A stretch of DNA of 56,956 nt from an uncultured Flavobacterium sp. (GTDB lineage Bacteria; Bacteroidota; Bacteroidia; Flavobacteriales; Flavobacteriaceae), in assembly GCA_964395965.1 (NCBI GenBank), contig CAYNDK010000001.1, positions 1 to 56,956 of the forward strand, in the 5' to 3' direction. Made by a program: the position numbers and the translations under genes. Below the pieces are notes generated by a model. It made no database searches, had not been told where the DNA came from, and saw only the letters and a program-made list of their open reading frames with translations. Within the stretch, counting starts at the first letter, position 1. Each line of letters begins with the position of its first letter. Shown in pieces: positions 39,438 to 48,815 of the stretch.

Positions 39438-40115
39438 TTATTTCGTGGGTTTGCCGCCAACTACAGCGACAATTTCCCCTTTGGGTGGTTTGGCTTCATA
39501 ATGTTTAAGCACCTCTTCGGCAGTTCCACGGATGGTTTCTTCGTGGAGTTTGGTGATTTCTCGTGAGATGGAAACCGGTCGGTCAGCTCCAAAATACTGA
39601 ACAAATTCGCCCAAGGTTTTCACCAATTTATGCGGCGAAACATAGAGAATCATGGTTCGGGTTTCTTCGGCGAGTTGGAGGTAACGCGTTTGCCGTCCTT
39701 TTTTTTCAGGTAAAAAACCTTCAAAAATAAAACGATCGTTGGGTAAGCCACTGTTCACCAAAGCCGGAACAAAAGCCGTGGCGCCGGGTAAGCAATCCAC
39801 TTCAATGCCATTTTCCACACAAGCGCGGGTCAGTAGAAATCCGGGGTCTGAAATCGCAGGTGTTCCCGCATCACTGATCAAAGCAACCGTTTCTCCCGCT
39901 TGAATGCGTTTCACCCAATGGTCCACCGTTTTGTGCTCGTTGTGCATGTGGTGGCTTTGCATGGGTGTGGAAATCTCAAAATGTTTCAAGAGTTTACCGC
40001 TGTTTCGGGTATCTTCCGCCAAAATCATATCGGCTTCTTGCAAGACTTTCACGGCGCGAAACGTCATATCGTCTAAGTTACCGATGGGCGTGGGCACCAA
40101 ATACAATTTTCCCAT
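39438..40115 (-). CDS. rsmI: 16S rRNA (cytidine1402-2'-O)-methyltransferase
   Basis: LYLVPTPIGNL, AEDTR, SDAGTPAISDPG, REITKLHEE. Confidence 0.95.
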   Translation of the reverse strand: MGKLYLVPTPIGNLDDMTFRAVKVLQEADMILAEDTRNSGKLLKHFEISTPMQSHHMHNEHKTVDHWVKRIQAGETVALISDAGTPAISDPGFLLTRACVENGIEVDCLPGATAFVPALVNSGLPNDRFIFEGFLPEKKGRQTRYLQLAEETRTMILYVSPHKLVKTLGEFVQYFGADRPVSISREITKLHEETIRGTAEEVLKHYEAKPPKGEIVAVVGGKPTK

Positions 40116-41090
40116 TTACGAGAATTTTTTAGCCACAATAGCAATAAATCGTTCCGCGTAATCATCCACTCCGTCCCAATTGTTATAATCGGGCTTGATG
40201 ATTTCGTCGATAAAATCTTTCGCTTCTGCAAATGTGGAGAAAGTGTTCAACTGCGACAACACACGGTTGTAATCTTCTGTGCTGTCCGCAAATAAATATT
40301 TTACAAAGGCAATTTTATCATTTAAACCAATGTTGATGGTTTTCGAATGCATTTCATTTAAGGATTTCCCTTGCTCGTCAATCACATTTTTTAAAGACGG
40401 CGGAACCACTACATCATCGGGTTTGACAAAAACGGGTTCAGAATAATTTTCGCCCAACAAATCGGCTAGCGAAATTTGTTTGGGTTCGCCTTTCTTCGGC
40501 GTTTCAACTGCGGGTTCTTCCACGACAATTGGAGCAACTTCAGGGGCAACTTCTGCCGTTTCTTCTTCTTCTTCATCAACCATCGGCTCGGCTGCCAATT
40601 CAAATATGGGTTCGAAGTCCAAATCTGATTTTGCTTCCGTCATCGGCACTTCTTCCTCCTCGTCTTCCTCATCCAAAGTGATTTCACCCACAATTACAGG
40701 TTCTTCCTCTATAGTTTCTTCTTCTGCAGCTTCAGTTTCTAATTCTTCTTCAACTTCTTTAACTTCTTCTTCAACGACTTCCGTTTCCGCCTCAGTTTTT
40801 ACTTCCACTACCAATTTTTCTTCCACAACTACAGGAGCTTCTTCCACAACGGGAGCTGCTACTGCTACTACTTCTGGAGCATCCAATGCAGCGTCTAATT
40901 TGGCTTCCAAATCTTCTACAGCCACATCATTTTTCACGACTTCATAGTTATCGCCGTAAAATTTTAAAACCGCCAAGGTTTCGTACAATTTTTTGGATTC
41001 TAAATACAATTGGTCGACTTCCGATTTGTTGCGGAGTTTTAAAATGCGGTGTGCAATACTTATGAGTTCAGCTTCCAGTCTTTTTTTCAT
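40116..41090 (-). CDS. Hypothetical protein with long Glu-rich linker between folded termini
   Basis: N-terminus ELISIAHRILKL; C-terminus IGLNDKIAFVKYLF; central E/V/A/P low-complexity region. Confidence 0.8.
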   Translation of the reverse strand: MKKRLEAELISIAHRILKLRNKSEVDQLYLESKKLYETLAVLKFYGDNYEVVKNDVAVEDLEAKLDAALDAPEVVAVAAPVVEEAPVVVEEKLVVEVKTEAETEVVEEEVKEVEEELETEAAEEETIEEEPVIVGEITLDEEDEEEEVPMTEAKSDLDFEPIFELAAEPMVDEEEEETAEVAPEVAPIVVEEPAVETPKKGEPKQISLADLLGENYSEPVFVKPDDVVVPPSLKNVIDEQGKSLNEMHSKTINIGLNDKIAFVKYLFADSTEDYNRVLSQLNTFSTFAEAKDFIDEIIKPDYNNWDGVDDYAERFIAIVAKKFS

Positions 41091-41295
41091 GGTGCGTTAC
41101 AATTTGTCAAATAAGACGAAAACCCGCGTGGAGTCTCATCTACAGAATCGATTGAGTTTAGGTTTAGGTTACGAAATCATCAAACTCTTTATAACTTTAT
41201 GCCTCGGGTAGGAGGAAGTCATGGGAATTTTGATATTTTTGTTTCTGTACAAATGTAACAGAAAAATACCTAATTCATACTAACGAAATTAGTAA

Positions 41296-41922
41296 ATGTT
41301 TCTAGAAAATACGGTTAATCACGAAGAACAATTTGGGTGGATCGAAGTCATCTGCGGCTCCATGTTTTCAGGCAAAACGGAGGAATTGATCCGTCGTTTA
41401 CGTCGGGCCCAATTTGCCAAACAACGCGTGGAGATTTTTAAGCCCGCCATCGATGTTCGCTACGACGAAGAAATGGTGGTTTCGCACAATAAAAACGAAA
41501 TTCGCTCCACACCCGTTCCCGCTGCCGCCAATATTGCCATCTTAGCCCAAGGCTGTGATGTGGTCGGTATTGACGAAGCGCAGTTCTTTGATGACGAAAT
41601 CGTGAAAATTTGTAACGACCTCGCCAATTCAGGCATTCGTGTGATTGTGGCCGGATTGGATATGGATTTTAAAGGCAATCCGTTCGGACCCATGCCAGCG
41701 CTGATGGCAACCGCTGAATATGTGACCAAAGTGCACGCCGTGTGTACCCGAACAGGAAATTTAGCCCATTATAGTTTCCGTAAATCCAGTAACGACAACC
41801 TGGTTTTACTCGGAGAAACCGAAGAATACGAACCGCTCAGCCGCGCCGCCTACTTCAAAGCGATGCGCGAAAATATTGAAGTCAACGATCACGAAGAATT
41901 ACCTTCTGACACCAACGAATAA
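41296..41922 (+). CDS. tdk: Thymidine kinase
   Basis: [24 protein letters not shown]. Confidence 0.96.
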   Translation: MFLENTVNHEEQFGWIEVICGSMFSGKTEELIRRLRRAQFAKQRVEIFKPAIDVRYDEEMVVSHNKNEIRSTPVPAAANIAILAQGCDVVGIDEAQFFDDEIVKICNDLANSGIRVIVAGLDMDFKGNPFGPMPALMATAEYVTKVHAVCTRTGNLAHYSFRKSSNDNLVLLGETEEYEPLSRAAYFKAMRENIEVNDHEELPSDTNE

Positions 41923-41928
41923 TATCCT

Positions 41929-44373
41929 GTGACACTATCCATCCGAAATATCATTCCGATTCTTAAAGCACAATTTCAAGGTGATCGGGAGGTGGCCATT
42001 ATCGACTCCGTTTCTATCGACAGTCGTTCGCTCCAAAATGGAGAAAACACTTTGTTTTTTGCGTTGATCGGACCCAATCACGACGGACATGAATACCTGT
42101 CTGAACTCCTGGAACAAGGCGTGTTTAATTTTGTGGTGCAGCAGGTGCCCGATGCATTGGTAGGCAAAGCCAATTTTTTAATCGTTGAAAATTCGCTGGA
42201 AGCGCTCCAAACTTTTGCTGCTAAATACCGCTCAAACTTTACCTTTCCCATCATAGGAATCACCGGAAGTAACGGAAAAACCATCGTAAAAGAATGGTTG
42301 AACTTTTTACTGAGTCCGGATTATAATATCATTCGCAGTCCGAAAAGTTATAACTCCCAAGTGGGTGTACCGCTTTCGGTTTTAGGAATTAACGAAAAAC
42401 ACAACCTCGGTATTTTTGAAGCGGGAATTTCTACCGTGGATGAAATGGCACATTTGGAAAAAATCATCCGTCCCACCATCGGAATTCTGACGAATATCGG
42501 ATCGGCACACGATGAAGGTTTTCATGATGCCGGCGAAAAAATCAAGGAAAAACTCAAATTGTTTCCCTCCGTCGACGTGCTCATTCTCAATAAAAATCGT
42601 ACCATCGAAGCCTTTCTTTCGCCCAAAGTCAAAACCTTCACCTGGAGCTCTGACGATGGCAAAGCCGATGTGTTTGTGATGGCGAATGAAAAACCCGACC
42701 AAACGGAATTGCGCATTACTTACCAAAAACAATGTTTCAAAGTTGTCATTCCGTTTTCCGACCAAGCTTCGATTGAAAATGCGATTCATTGCCTCATGCT
42801 CATGTTGTATTTGCAGTATGACGAAGCGGTCATTCAAGCGCGCATGCAGCAGTTGTATCCCGTCGAAATGCGTTTGAAAGTCAAAAACGGTATTCACAAT
42901 ACGCGTATTATTGACGATAGTTATAGTTCCGACTTCCAATCGCTGAAAATTGCATTGGATTTTTTGGAGAGTCAGAAGCAATACAAAAAGAAAACCCTTA
43001 TTTTATCCGATATTTTTCAAAGTGGTTTGAGCAATGACGAACTCTATGCTCAAGTTTCATTTTTGATTGTGACCAACCAAATCAATCGGGTGATTGCTAT
43101 TGGCCCCACGATTTCGGGTTACCAACGGAAGTTCCCCAACGGGATGGCCTTTCCCACTACACAAGCGTTTTTGGATGTGATGGATACGATTCCGTTTGCC
43201 AATGAAACGGTTTTGATCAAAGGTGCGCGCCATTTTCATTTTGAAGAAATTGTAACGGCCTTAGAAGAGAAAACCCACGAAACTGTGTTGGAAATCAACC
43301 TCAATGCCATCAGTCATAACCTGAATTTTTACAAATCCAAACTTCAACCCGACACCAAACTCATGGTGATGGTGAAAGCCTTTAGTTACGGAAATGGTGG
43401 GTATGAAATTGCCAAATTGCTGGCCCATCACAAAGTGGATTATTTGGGTGTCGCTTTCGCGGATGAAGGAATCGCCTTGAAACAAGCGGGAATCGAACTC
43501 CCCATTATGGTGATGAATCCCGAGAGTACGAGTTATCAATCGTTGATTCAACACGGACTCGAACCGGAGATTTATTCGTTAAAAGGTCTTAATGCTTTTG
43601 TGAAATTGGCCGAAGAAAAACGACTCAAGCATTTTCCCATTCATATCAAACTCGACACGGGCATGCACCGATTAGGGTTTATGGAAGCCGATATGCCCCA
43701 ACTCATCGCTCGTTTGCAACAAACCCAAGCGGTGGAAGTGAAAAGTATCTTGTCGCATCTCGCAGCCAGCGATTCTATGGCATTTGTCGATTTCACCTTA
43801 GACCAAATTAAATTGTACAAAACCCTCTCGGAGCAATTGATGGAAGCCCTGCAAATCAAACCAATCCGACATATTTTAAATACTTCTGGAATTTCCAATT
43901 TCGGTCAGGCGCAATTTGATATGGTGCGCTTGGGCATTGGATTGTACGGAGTTTCTAATGACGAAGACGAACAAAAGTTACTGGAGCAAGTTGCCACGTT
44001 AAAATCGATTATTTCACAAATTCGGGTGATCGAACCCGGAGAAAGTGTAGGCTACAGCCGCCGATTCATGGCCGAACGTCTTACTCGAGTTGCTACAGTG
44101 CCGATTGGTTACGCCGACGGAATCTCGCGCCATTGGGGCAACGGCAACGGTTATGTCACAATTAAAAATAAAAAAGCACCCATATTGGGCAGTGTTTGTA
44201 TGGACATGTTGATGGTGGATGTGACCGATATCGATTGTAAAGAAGGCAATGAAGTAATCATTTTTGGAAAAGATCCTTCGGTGATGCACATGGCCAAGGT
44301 ATTGGGTACGATTCCCTACGAAATTATGACTTCGATTTCCCAACGCGTGAAGCGAATTTTTTATCGGGAGTAA
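41929..44373 (+). CDS. alr: Bifunctional MurF-like Mur ligase / alanine racemase
   Basis: DSRS, GITGSNGKT, DDSYS in the N-terminal half; VMVKAFSYGNG (PLP Lys), KLDTGMHRLG, IGYADG, VCMD in the C-terminal half; GTG start. Confidence 0.92.
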   Translation: MTLSIRNIIPILKAQFQGDREVAIIDSVSIDSRSLQNGENTLFFALIGPNHDGHEYLSELLEQGVFNFVVQQVPDALVGKANFLIVENSLEALQTFAAKYRSNFTFPIIGITGSNGKTIVKEWLNFLLSPDYNIIRSPKSYNSQVGVPLSVLGINEKHNLGIFEAGISTVDEMAHLEKIIRPTIGILTNIGSAHDEGFHDAGEKIKEKLKLFPSVDVLILNKNRTIEAFLSPKVKTFTWSSDDGKADVFVMANEKPDQTELRITYQKQCFKVVIPFSDQASIENAIHCLMLMLYLQYDEAVIQARMQQLYPVEMRLKVKNGIHNTRIIDDSYSSDFQSLKIALDFLESQKQYKKKTLILSDIFQSGLSNDELYAQVSFLIVTNQINRVIAIGPTISGYQRKFPNGMAFPTTQAFLDVMDTIPFANETVLIKGARHFHFEEIVTALEEKTHETVLEINLNAISHNLNFYKSKLQPDTKLMVMVKAFSYGNGGYEIAKLLAHHKVDYLGVAFADEGIALKQAGIELPIMVMNPESTSYQSLIQHGLEPEIYSLKGLNAFVKLAEEKRLKHFPIHIKLDTGMHRLGFMEADMPQLIARLQQTQAVEVKSILSHLAASDSMAFVDFTLDQIKLYKTLSEQLMEALQIKPIRHILNTSGISNFGQAQFDMVRLGIGLYGVSNDEDEQKLLEQVATLKSIISQIRVIEPGESVGYSRRFMAERLTRVATVPIGYADGISRHWGNGNGYVTIKNKKAPILGSVCMDMLMVDVTDIDCKEGNEVIIFGKDPSVMHMAKVLGTIPYEIMTSISQRVKRIFYRE

Positions 44374-44450
44374 GATTTTTCTTTTTTACGGTTCTTTATT
44401 TGTGTTAAAATTCTTAGCTTTGAGTCAATAACCTTAACAAACAGTAAATT

Positions 44451-44828
44451 ATGGGAATGGTATCAGAATTTAAACAATTTGCCATGAAAGGCAATGTGGT
44501 TGATTTAGCAATCGGGGTAATTATCGGTGGTGCTTTTAGTAAAATTGTTAGCTCGTTCATTGACGATGTAATTACACCTTTGTTGTTAAAGCCCGCTTTA
44601 GAAGCAGCAAATCTTCAAAAAATCGAAGATTTAACCATTTTAGGTGGAGTCAAATATGGGATGTTTCTATCGGCAATTATTAACTTCTTAATCGTTGCTT
44701 TTGTATTATTTCTTTTAGTGAAAGGAATGAATGCCGCGAAGAAAAAAGAAGAAGCCGCTCCTGCTGCACCTGCGGGACCCACACAAGAACAATTATTAGC
44801 CGAAATTCGTGATTTATTGAAGAAGTAA
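44451..44828 (+). CDS. mscL: Large-conductance mechanosensitive channel
   Basis: FAMKGNVVDLAIGVIIGGAF, LLAEIRDLLK. Confidence 0.97.
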   Translation: MGMVSEFKQFAMKGNVVDLAIGVIIGGAFSKIVSSFIDDVITPLLLKPALEAANLQKIEDLTILGGVKYGMFLSAIINFLIVAFVLFLLVKGMNAAKKKEEAAPAAPAGPTQEQLLAEIRDLLKK

Positions 44829-44851
44829 ACCGCTACCTATATATTCTAACT

Positions 44852-44886
44852 AAAGCCACTCCCACACGAGTGGTTTTTCTTTTTTA
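44852..44886 (+). terminator. Intrinsic terminator after mscL
   Basis: AAAGCCACTC...GAGTGGTTTT plus T-tract. Confidence 0.75.
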
Positions 44887-44995
44887 AAATGTACCAACCG
44901 ATACAATTTCTCGTTATTTTTGCGTGACTGTTCGAGGAGCCGTTCATTTCCTTGAATCGCAAACTACTCAAATTTCAACTAAAAATAGAAAGACC

Positions 44996-45985
44996 ATGAA
45001 AGTTGCCGTTGTTGGTGCTACCGGTATGGTAGGCGAAGTGATGCTACAAATGTTAGCCGATCGAAATTTTCCCGTAACCGAATTAATTCCCGTCGCTTCC
45101 GAGAAGTCGGTCGGAAAAGAAATCACCTGGAAAGGGAAGGGCTACACCGTAGTCGGATTGCAAACAGCGGTTGACAAGCACCCCGATATTGCTTTGTTTT
45201 CTGCGGGCGGTCAAACGTCACTCGACTGGGCACCGAAATTTGCGGAAGTCGGAACCACCGTCATCGACAACTCTTCCGCATGGCGCATGGATCCAACCAA
45301 GAAATTGGTCGTACCCGAAATCAATGCCCACGAATTAACCAAATCCGATAAAATCATTGCCAATCCCAATTGTTCCACCATTCAAATGGTGATGGTTTTG
45401 GCTCCGCTTCACAAAAAATACGGCGTAAAACGCGTTGTCGTTTCCACCTACCAATCCATCACTGGAACGGGTGTGAAAGCCGTGCAGCAGTTAGAAAATG
45501 AATACGCAGGCGTGCAAGGGGAGATGGCCTACAAATACCAAATCCACCGCAACGCCATTCCGCAATGCGACGTGTTTGAAGACAACGGTTACACCAAAGA
45601 GGAAATGAAACTCACCCGTGAAACCAAAAAAATCATCGGAGACGACAGCATTCATGTTACCGCGACCGCCATTCGTATTCCTGTAGTTGGCGGCCACAGC
45701 GAAGCCTTGAATATCGAGTTCCACAATCCGTGTAATTTGAGCGAAATCCGCGAAATTTTACACCATACACCCGGCGTAGTCGTGCAAGACAACACCGATA
45801 CCTATACCTATCCCATGCCGCTTTACGCGCACGGAAAAGATGAGGTATTCGTCGGCCGCATCCGCCAAGACGAGAGTCAGCCCAACACCGTAAACATGTG
45901 GGTAGTAGCCGACAACTTGCGCAAAGGAGCCGCGACCAACGCGATTCAAATTGCCGAGTATTTAGTGGCTAACGAATTAGTCTAA
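44996..45985 (+). CDS. asd: Aspartate-semialdehyde dehydrogenase
   Basis: VGATGMVG, NSSAWRM, ANPNCST, DNLRKGAA; start moved to MKVAVVG. Confidence 0.97.
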   Translation: MKVAVVGATGMVGEVMLQMLADRNFPVTELIPVASEKSVGKEITWKGKGYTVVGLQTAVDKHPDIALFSAGGQTSLDWAPKFAEVGTTVIDNSSAWRMDPTKKLVVPEINAHELTKSDKIIANPNCSTIQMVMVLAPLHKKYGVKRVVVSTYQSITGTGVKAVQQLENEYAGVQGEMAYKYQIHRNAIPQCDVFEDNGYTKEEMKLTRETKKIIGDDSIHVTATAIRIPVVGGHSEALNIEFHNPCNLSEIREILHHTPGVVVQDNTDTYTYPMPLYAHGKDEVFVGRIRQDESQPNTVNMWVVADNLRKGAATNAIQIAEYLVANELV

Positions 45986-46004
45986 CCCGTTTCAAAATAT
46001 AGTT

Positions 46005-46049
46005 ATCCCACCGAATCCTAAAAAAATGGTAAATCGGTGGGATTTTTTT
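46005..46049 (+). terminator. Intrinsic terminator after asd
   Basis: ATCCCACCGA...TCGGTGGGAT followed by a T-run. Confidence 0.75.
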
Positions 46050-46071
46050 ATCCATTGCCTACCTTTGCGGC

Positions 46072-46425
46072 ATGATGAATATCCGTAAACTACTTTTCGG
46101 AGGAGGTCTGACCGCCACACTGCTGCTCGTTTTCGTGCTGCAGTTTGTGCATGCCGTCAACCACATTGCGCACGAATTCGAAGTGACGCACTGCCATCAT
46201 CATTACACTTTAGGGAAAACGGAAGTCGGTCACGCGCACCACGATTACGAAAAATGTTTTCAATGTGAGTTTGCCTTCAGTTCGTATATCGAACCCACCG
46301 CCATTTCCTTCCAACCCCAAAATTCCAATACGACTTCAACCCACGTTATCCAAGCCCCACAGCGGTTTGTTACGGTTTTTGAGGGAAGTTTCTTCAGCCT
46401 TCGGGCACCCCCGATTGTCGGTTAG
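46072..46425 (+). CDS. DUF2946-like His/Cys-rich leader protein with C-terminal RAPP motif
   Basis: N-terminal hydrophobic helix, HCHHH, HAHH, CFQC, ends LRAPPIVG; lies upstream of a TonB-dependent receptor. Confidence 0.75.
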   Translation: MMNIRKLLFGGGLTATLLLVFVLQFVHAVNHIAHEFEVTHCHHHYTLGKTEVGHAHHDYEKCFQCEFAFSSYIEPTAISFQPQNSNTTSTHVIQAPQRFVTVFEGSFFSLRAPPIVG

Positions 46426-46432
46426 ATTTTTT

Positions 46433-46518
46433 TTTGGGCGCCACCTTGCCTGGGCTGAAGCCTGCGTCAAGGTCGGGCTGTACGCGGTGCACGGCACCTT
46501 GCTCCCATCTCTGGCGCA
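46433..46518 (+). ncRNA. Structured intergenic element, Flavo-1 RNA-like (copy 2, compact)
   Basis: TTTGGGCG...GGTCGGGCTGTACG...CTCCCATCTCTGGCGC; stems ACCTTG/CAAGGT and GGTGC/GCACC; same three conserved blocks as 25843-25975. Confidence 0.55.
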
Positions 46519-46572
46519 AACCGGTTCGCCGGAACGTTTATTTTTCTAATCACAAATCAATCCCATTTACAC

Positions 46573-48777
46573 ATGAAATCACTTTTATGGATGGTTGTGC
46601 TGAGCTTTTGTTCGCTCGCACAAGCCCAAAATATATTATCAGGAACGGTAACCGCTTCGGGTAAACCACTGGAATCCGCCGTGGTTCAATTGCCCGGTTT
46701 ACACCTCGAAACCCAAACCGATGCTCAAGGAAACTTTACCTTCAAATCCATTCCCAAAGGAACCCACAAAATCGTGTTCTCCTTTGTGGGTTTTGAAACC
46801 CAAACCCAATCCTTCAGTGTGGGGACAACGGCTGTAACGGTAAACTGCGAACTCAAAGAAAGCATCCACCAAATGGATGAGGTGATTGTGTCAACGGCAT
46901 TCAACCGACTCCAATCGGAGAACGTAATGAAGGTCGAGCACCAAACCACCAAAGATTTGCGCCAAAAAGGAGCGGCAACCTTAATCGAAGGTTTGGCCAC
47001 TATTCCCGGGGTGTCGCAAGTGTCTACAGGAACATCCATCGGAAAACCGGTTATTCGCGGGTTAAGCGGTAATCGGGTGTTGGTGTACAATCAAGGCGTG
47101 CGCTTAGAAAACCAGCAATTTGGAGAAGAACACGGGCTCGGACTCAATGACGCCGGAATCGAAAGCGTCGAAGTGATTAAAGGTCCGGCCTCCTTACTCT
47201 ACGGCTCGGATGCACTCGGTGGTGTGTTGTATTTTAACCCTGAAAAATTTGCTCCTGCCAACCAAATGCACCTCAATTTCGGTCAGCGTTATTTTACGAA
47301 TACACTCGGAAGCAATTCTACATTAGGCTACAAACTTTCTGGTGATCACTTGAAATTCACCACGCGTGTTTCCCAAAATCTTCATTCCGATTACCAAACA
47401 GGAACGGGCGATCGCGTGACCAATACGCGCTACAAAGAATTGGATTTCAAAACGGGCTTGGGCTATTCCAATGCCTTTATGAATTCCGTTATTCGCTACA
47501 ATTACAACCGCTTAAATCTTGGTATCCCCGAAGAAGGCATCGCCGAACAAACCACAATCAAAAATCCAGAATTTCCTCGGCAAAAAGTTGTCGGTCAAAT
47601 TTTGAGTTGGAACACCCTATTTTACCTCGGAAAATCCAAATTGGAAACCGATTTTGGATACATCGATAACGACCGCAGCGAATTGGAAGACAGCGAGATT
47701 CCTGTATTGCACATGAAATTGAAAACCTTCAATTACAATATTCGCTATCATTTGCCTGCATTCGGCAAACTTGAAACCATCGTTGGCACGCAAGGGATGT
47801 ACCAAACCAACACTAATTCTGGCGAAGAATATTTGATTCCTGATGCCACCACCCGCGACTTTGGTGTTTTTGCAACGTCCAATTACCAATGGGAGAAAAG
47901 TGCGCTTCAAGCGGGTTTACGTTGGGACCGTCGTGGTGTACAATCCGAAGAATACGGCACACCCGGTGACGAAGGTTATTTTCAAGCCATCGACCGTTCG
48001 TTCAACAGTTTCAATGCTTCTTTAGGGTATAAAACCAACATCAAAGAAAATGTAGTGGTGCGGTTGAATGTAGCTTCGGGTTTCCGTGCACCTAACTTGG
48101 CTGAGTTGTCCTCCAATGGCGTACACGAAGGCAGCAACCGCTACGAAATTGGAAATGCTAATTTGAAAAACGAGCAAAACCTTCAAACCGATGTGAATGT
48201 AGAATACCGCAATCCGCATTTTGAATTGTTTGCCAATGGGTTTTATAATCATTTGAACAACTACATTTATATCGCACCCAACGGTACCCAAATTGACGGA
48301 TATAATGTGTTTGATTATGTACAAAACAACGCCTATTTGTTTGGGGGAGAAGCGGGAATCCATTTTCATCCCCATCCCATCGATTGGTTGCATGTGTTGG
48401 CTACCTTTGAAAGTGTAACAGGGAAGAAGAGCAACGGGGATTACTTGCCTTTGATTCCGGCCAACAAAGTCACCGGAACTTTCCGAGCGGAGTTAAAAGA
48501 CGGAAAACGTTGGAAAGAGTCGTTTGCAGCTGTGAACACCGAACATATTTTTGCGCAAAATAATCCGGGTGTTTTTGAAACCAGCACACGGGATTATACG
48601 TTGGTGAATTTGGCCTTTGGAACAAAACTTACCCTAGGTAAATCCAGTTTTGATTTGAGTTTGAATGCGAATAATTTATTCGATAAAACCTATGTTTCCC
48701 ATTTGTCCCGACTCAAAGTCGACGGCATTCCCAATATGGGTCGAACCATCGTTTTGGGATTAAATTATACCCTATAA
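46573..48777 (+). CDS. TonB-dependent receptor, probably for metal uptake
   Basis: N-terminal CarboxypepD-like domain; plug KPVIRGL, EVIKGPASLLYGSDALGG; NLFDKTY; His motifs EEHG, GVHEG, HFHPHP. Confidence 0.92.
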   Translation: MKSLLWMVVLSFCSLAQAQNILSGTVTASGKPLESAVVQLPGLHLETQTDAQGNFTFKSIPKGTHKIVFSFVGFETQTQSFSVGTTAVTVNCELKESIHQMDEVIVSTAFNRLQSENVMKVEHQTTKDLRQKGAATLIEGLATIPGVSQVSTGTSIGKPVIRGLSGNRVLVYNQGVRLENQQFGEEHGLGLNDAGIESVEVIKGPASLLYGSDALGGVLYFNPEKFAPANQMHLNFGQRYFTNTLGSNSTLGYKLSGDHLKFTTRVSQNLHSDYQTGTGDRVTNTRYKELDFKTGLGYSNAFMNSVIRYNYNRLNLGIPEEGIAEQTTIKNPEFPRQKVVGQILSWNTLFYLGKSKLETDFGYIDNDRSELEDSEIPVLHMKLKTFNYNIRYHLPAFGKLETIVGTQGMYQTNTNSGEEYLIPDATTRDFGVFATSNYQWEKSALQAGLRWDRRGVQSEEYGTPGDEGYFQAIDRSFNSFNASLGYKTNIKENVVVRLNVASGFRAPNLAELSSNGVHEGSNRYEIGNANLKNEQNLQTDVNVEYRNPHFELFANGFYNHLNNYIYIAPNGTQIDGYNVFDYVQNNAYLFGGEAGIHFHPHPIDWLHVLATFESVTGKKSNGDYLPLIPANKVTGTFRAELKDGKRWKESFAAVNTEHIFAQNNPGVFETSTRDYTLVNLAFGTKLTLGKSSFDLSLNANNLFDKTYVSHLSRLKVDGIPNMGRTIVLGLNYTL

Positions 48778-48781
48778 AAAG

Positions 48782-48812
48782 AAAAGCCTAACATCACTGT
48801 TAGGCTTTTTTT
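48782..48812. terminator. Bidirectional intrinsic terminator
   Basis: AAAAGCCTAACA...TGTTAGGCTTTT. Confidence 0.85.
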
Positions 48813-48815
48813 ATG

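Noticed and set aside
40480-40947. Ser/Thr-rich 155-aa plus-strand ORF (likewise the Phe/Ser-rich ORFs at 13240-13665)
   Set aside because: Antisense shadows of Glu- or Lys-rich low-complexity genes.
46265-46664. Overlapping 94-aa and 76-aa ORFs around the leader/TBDR junction
   Set aside because: Alternate-frame read-through of a GC-rich RNA element overlapping better supported genes.
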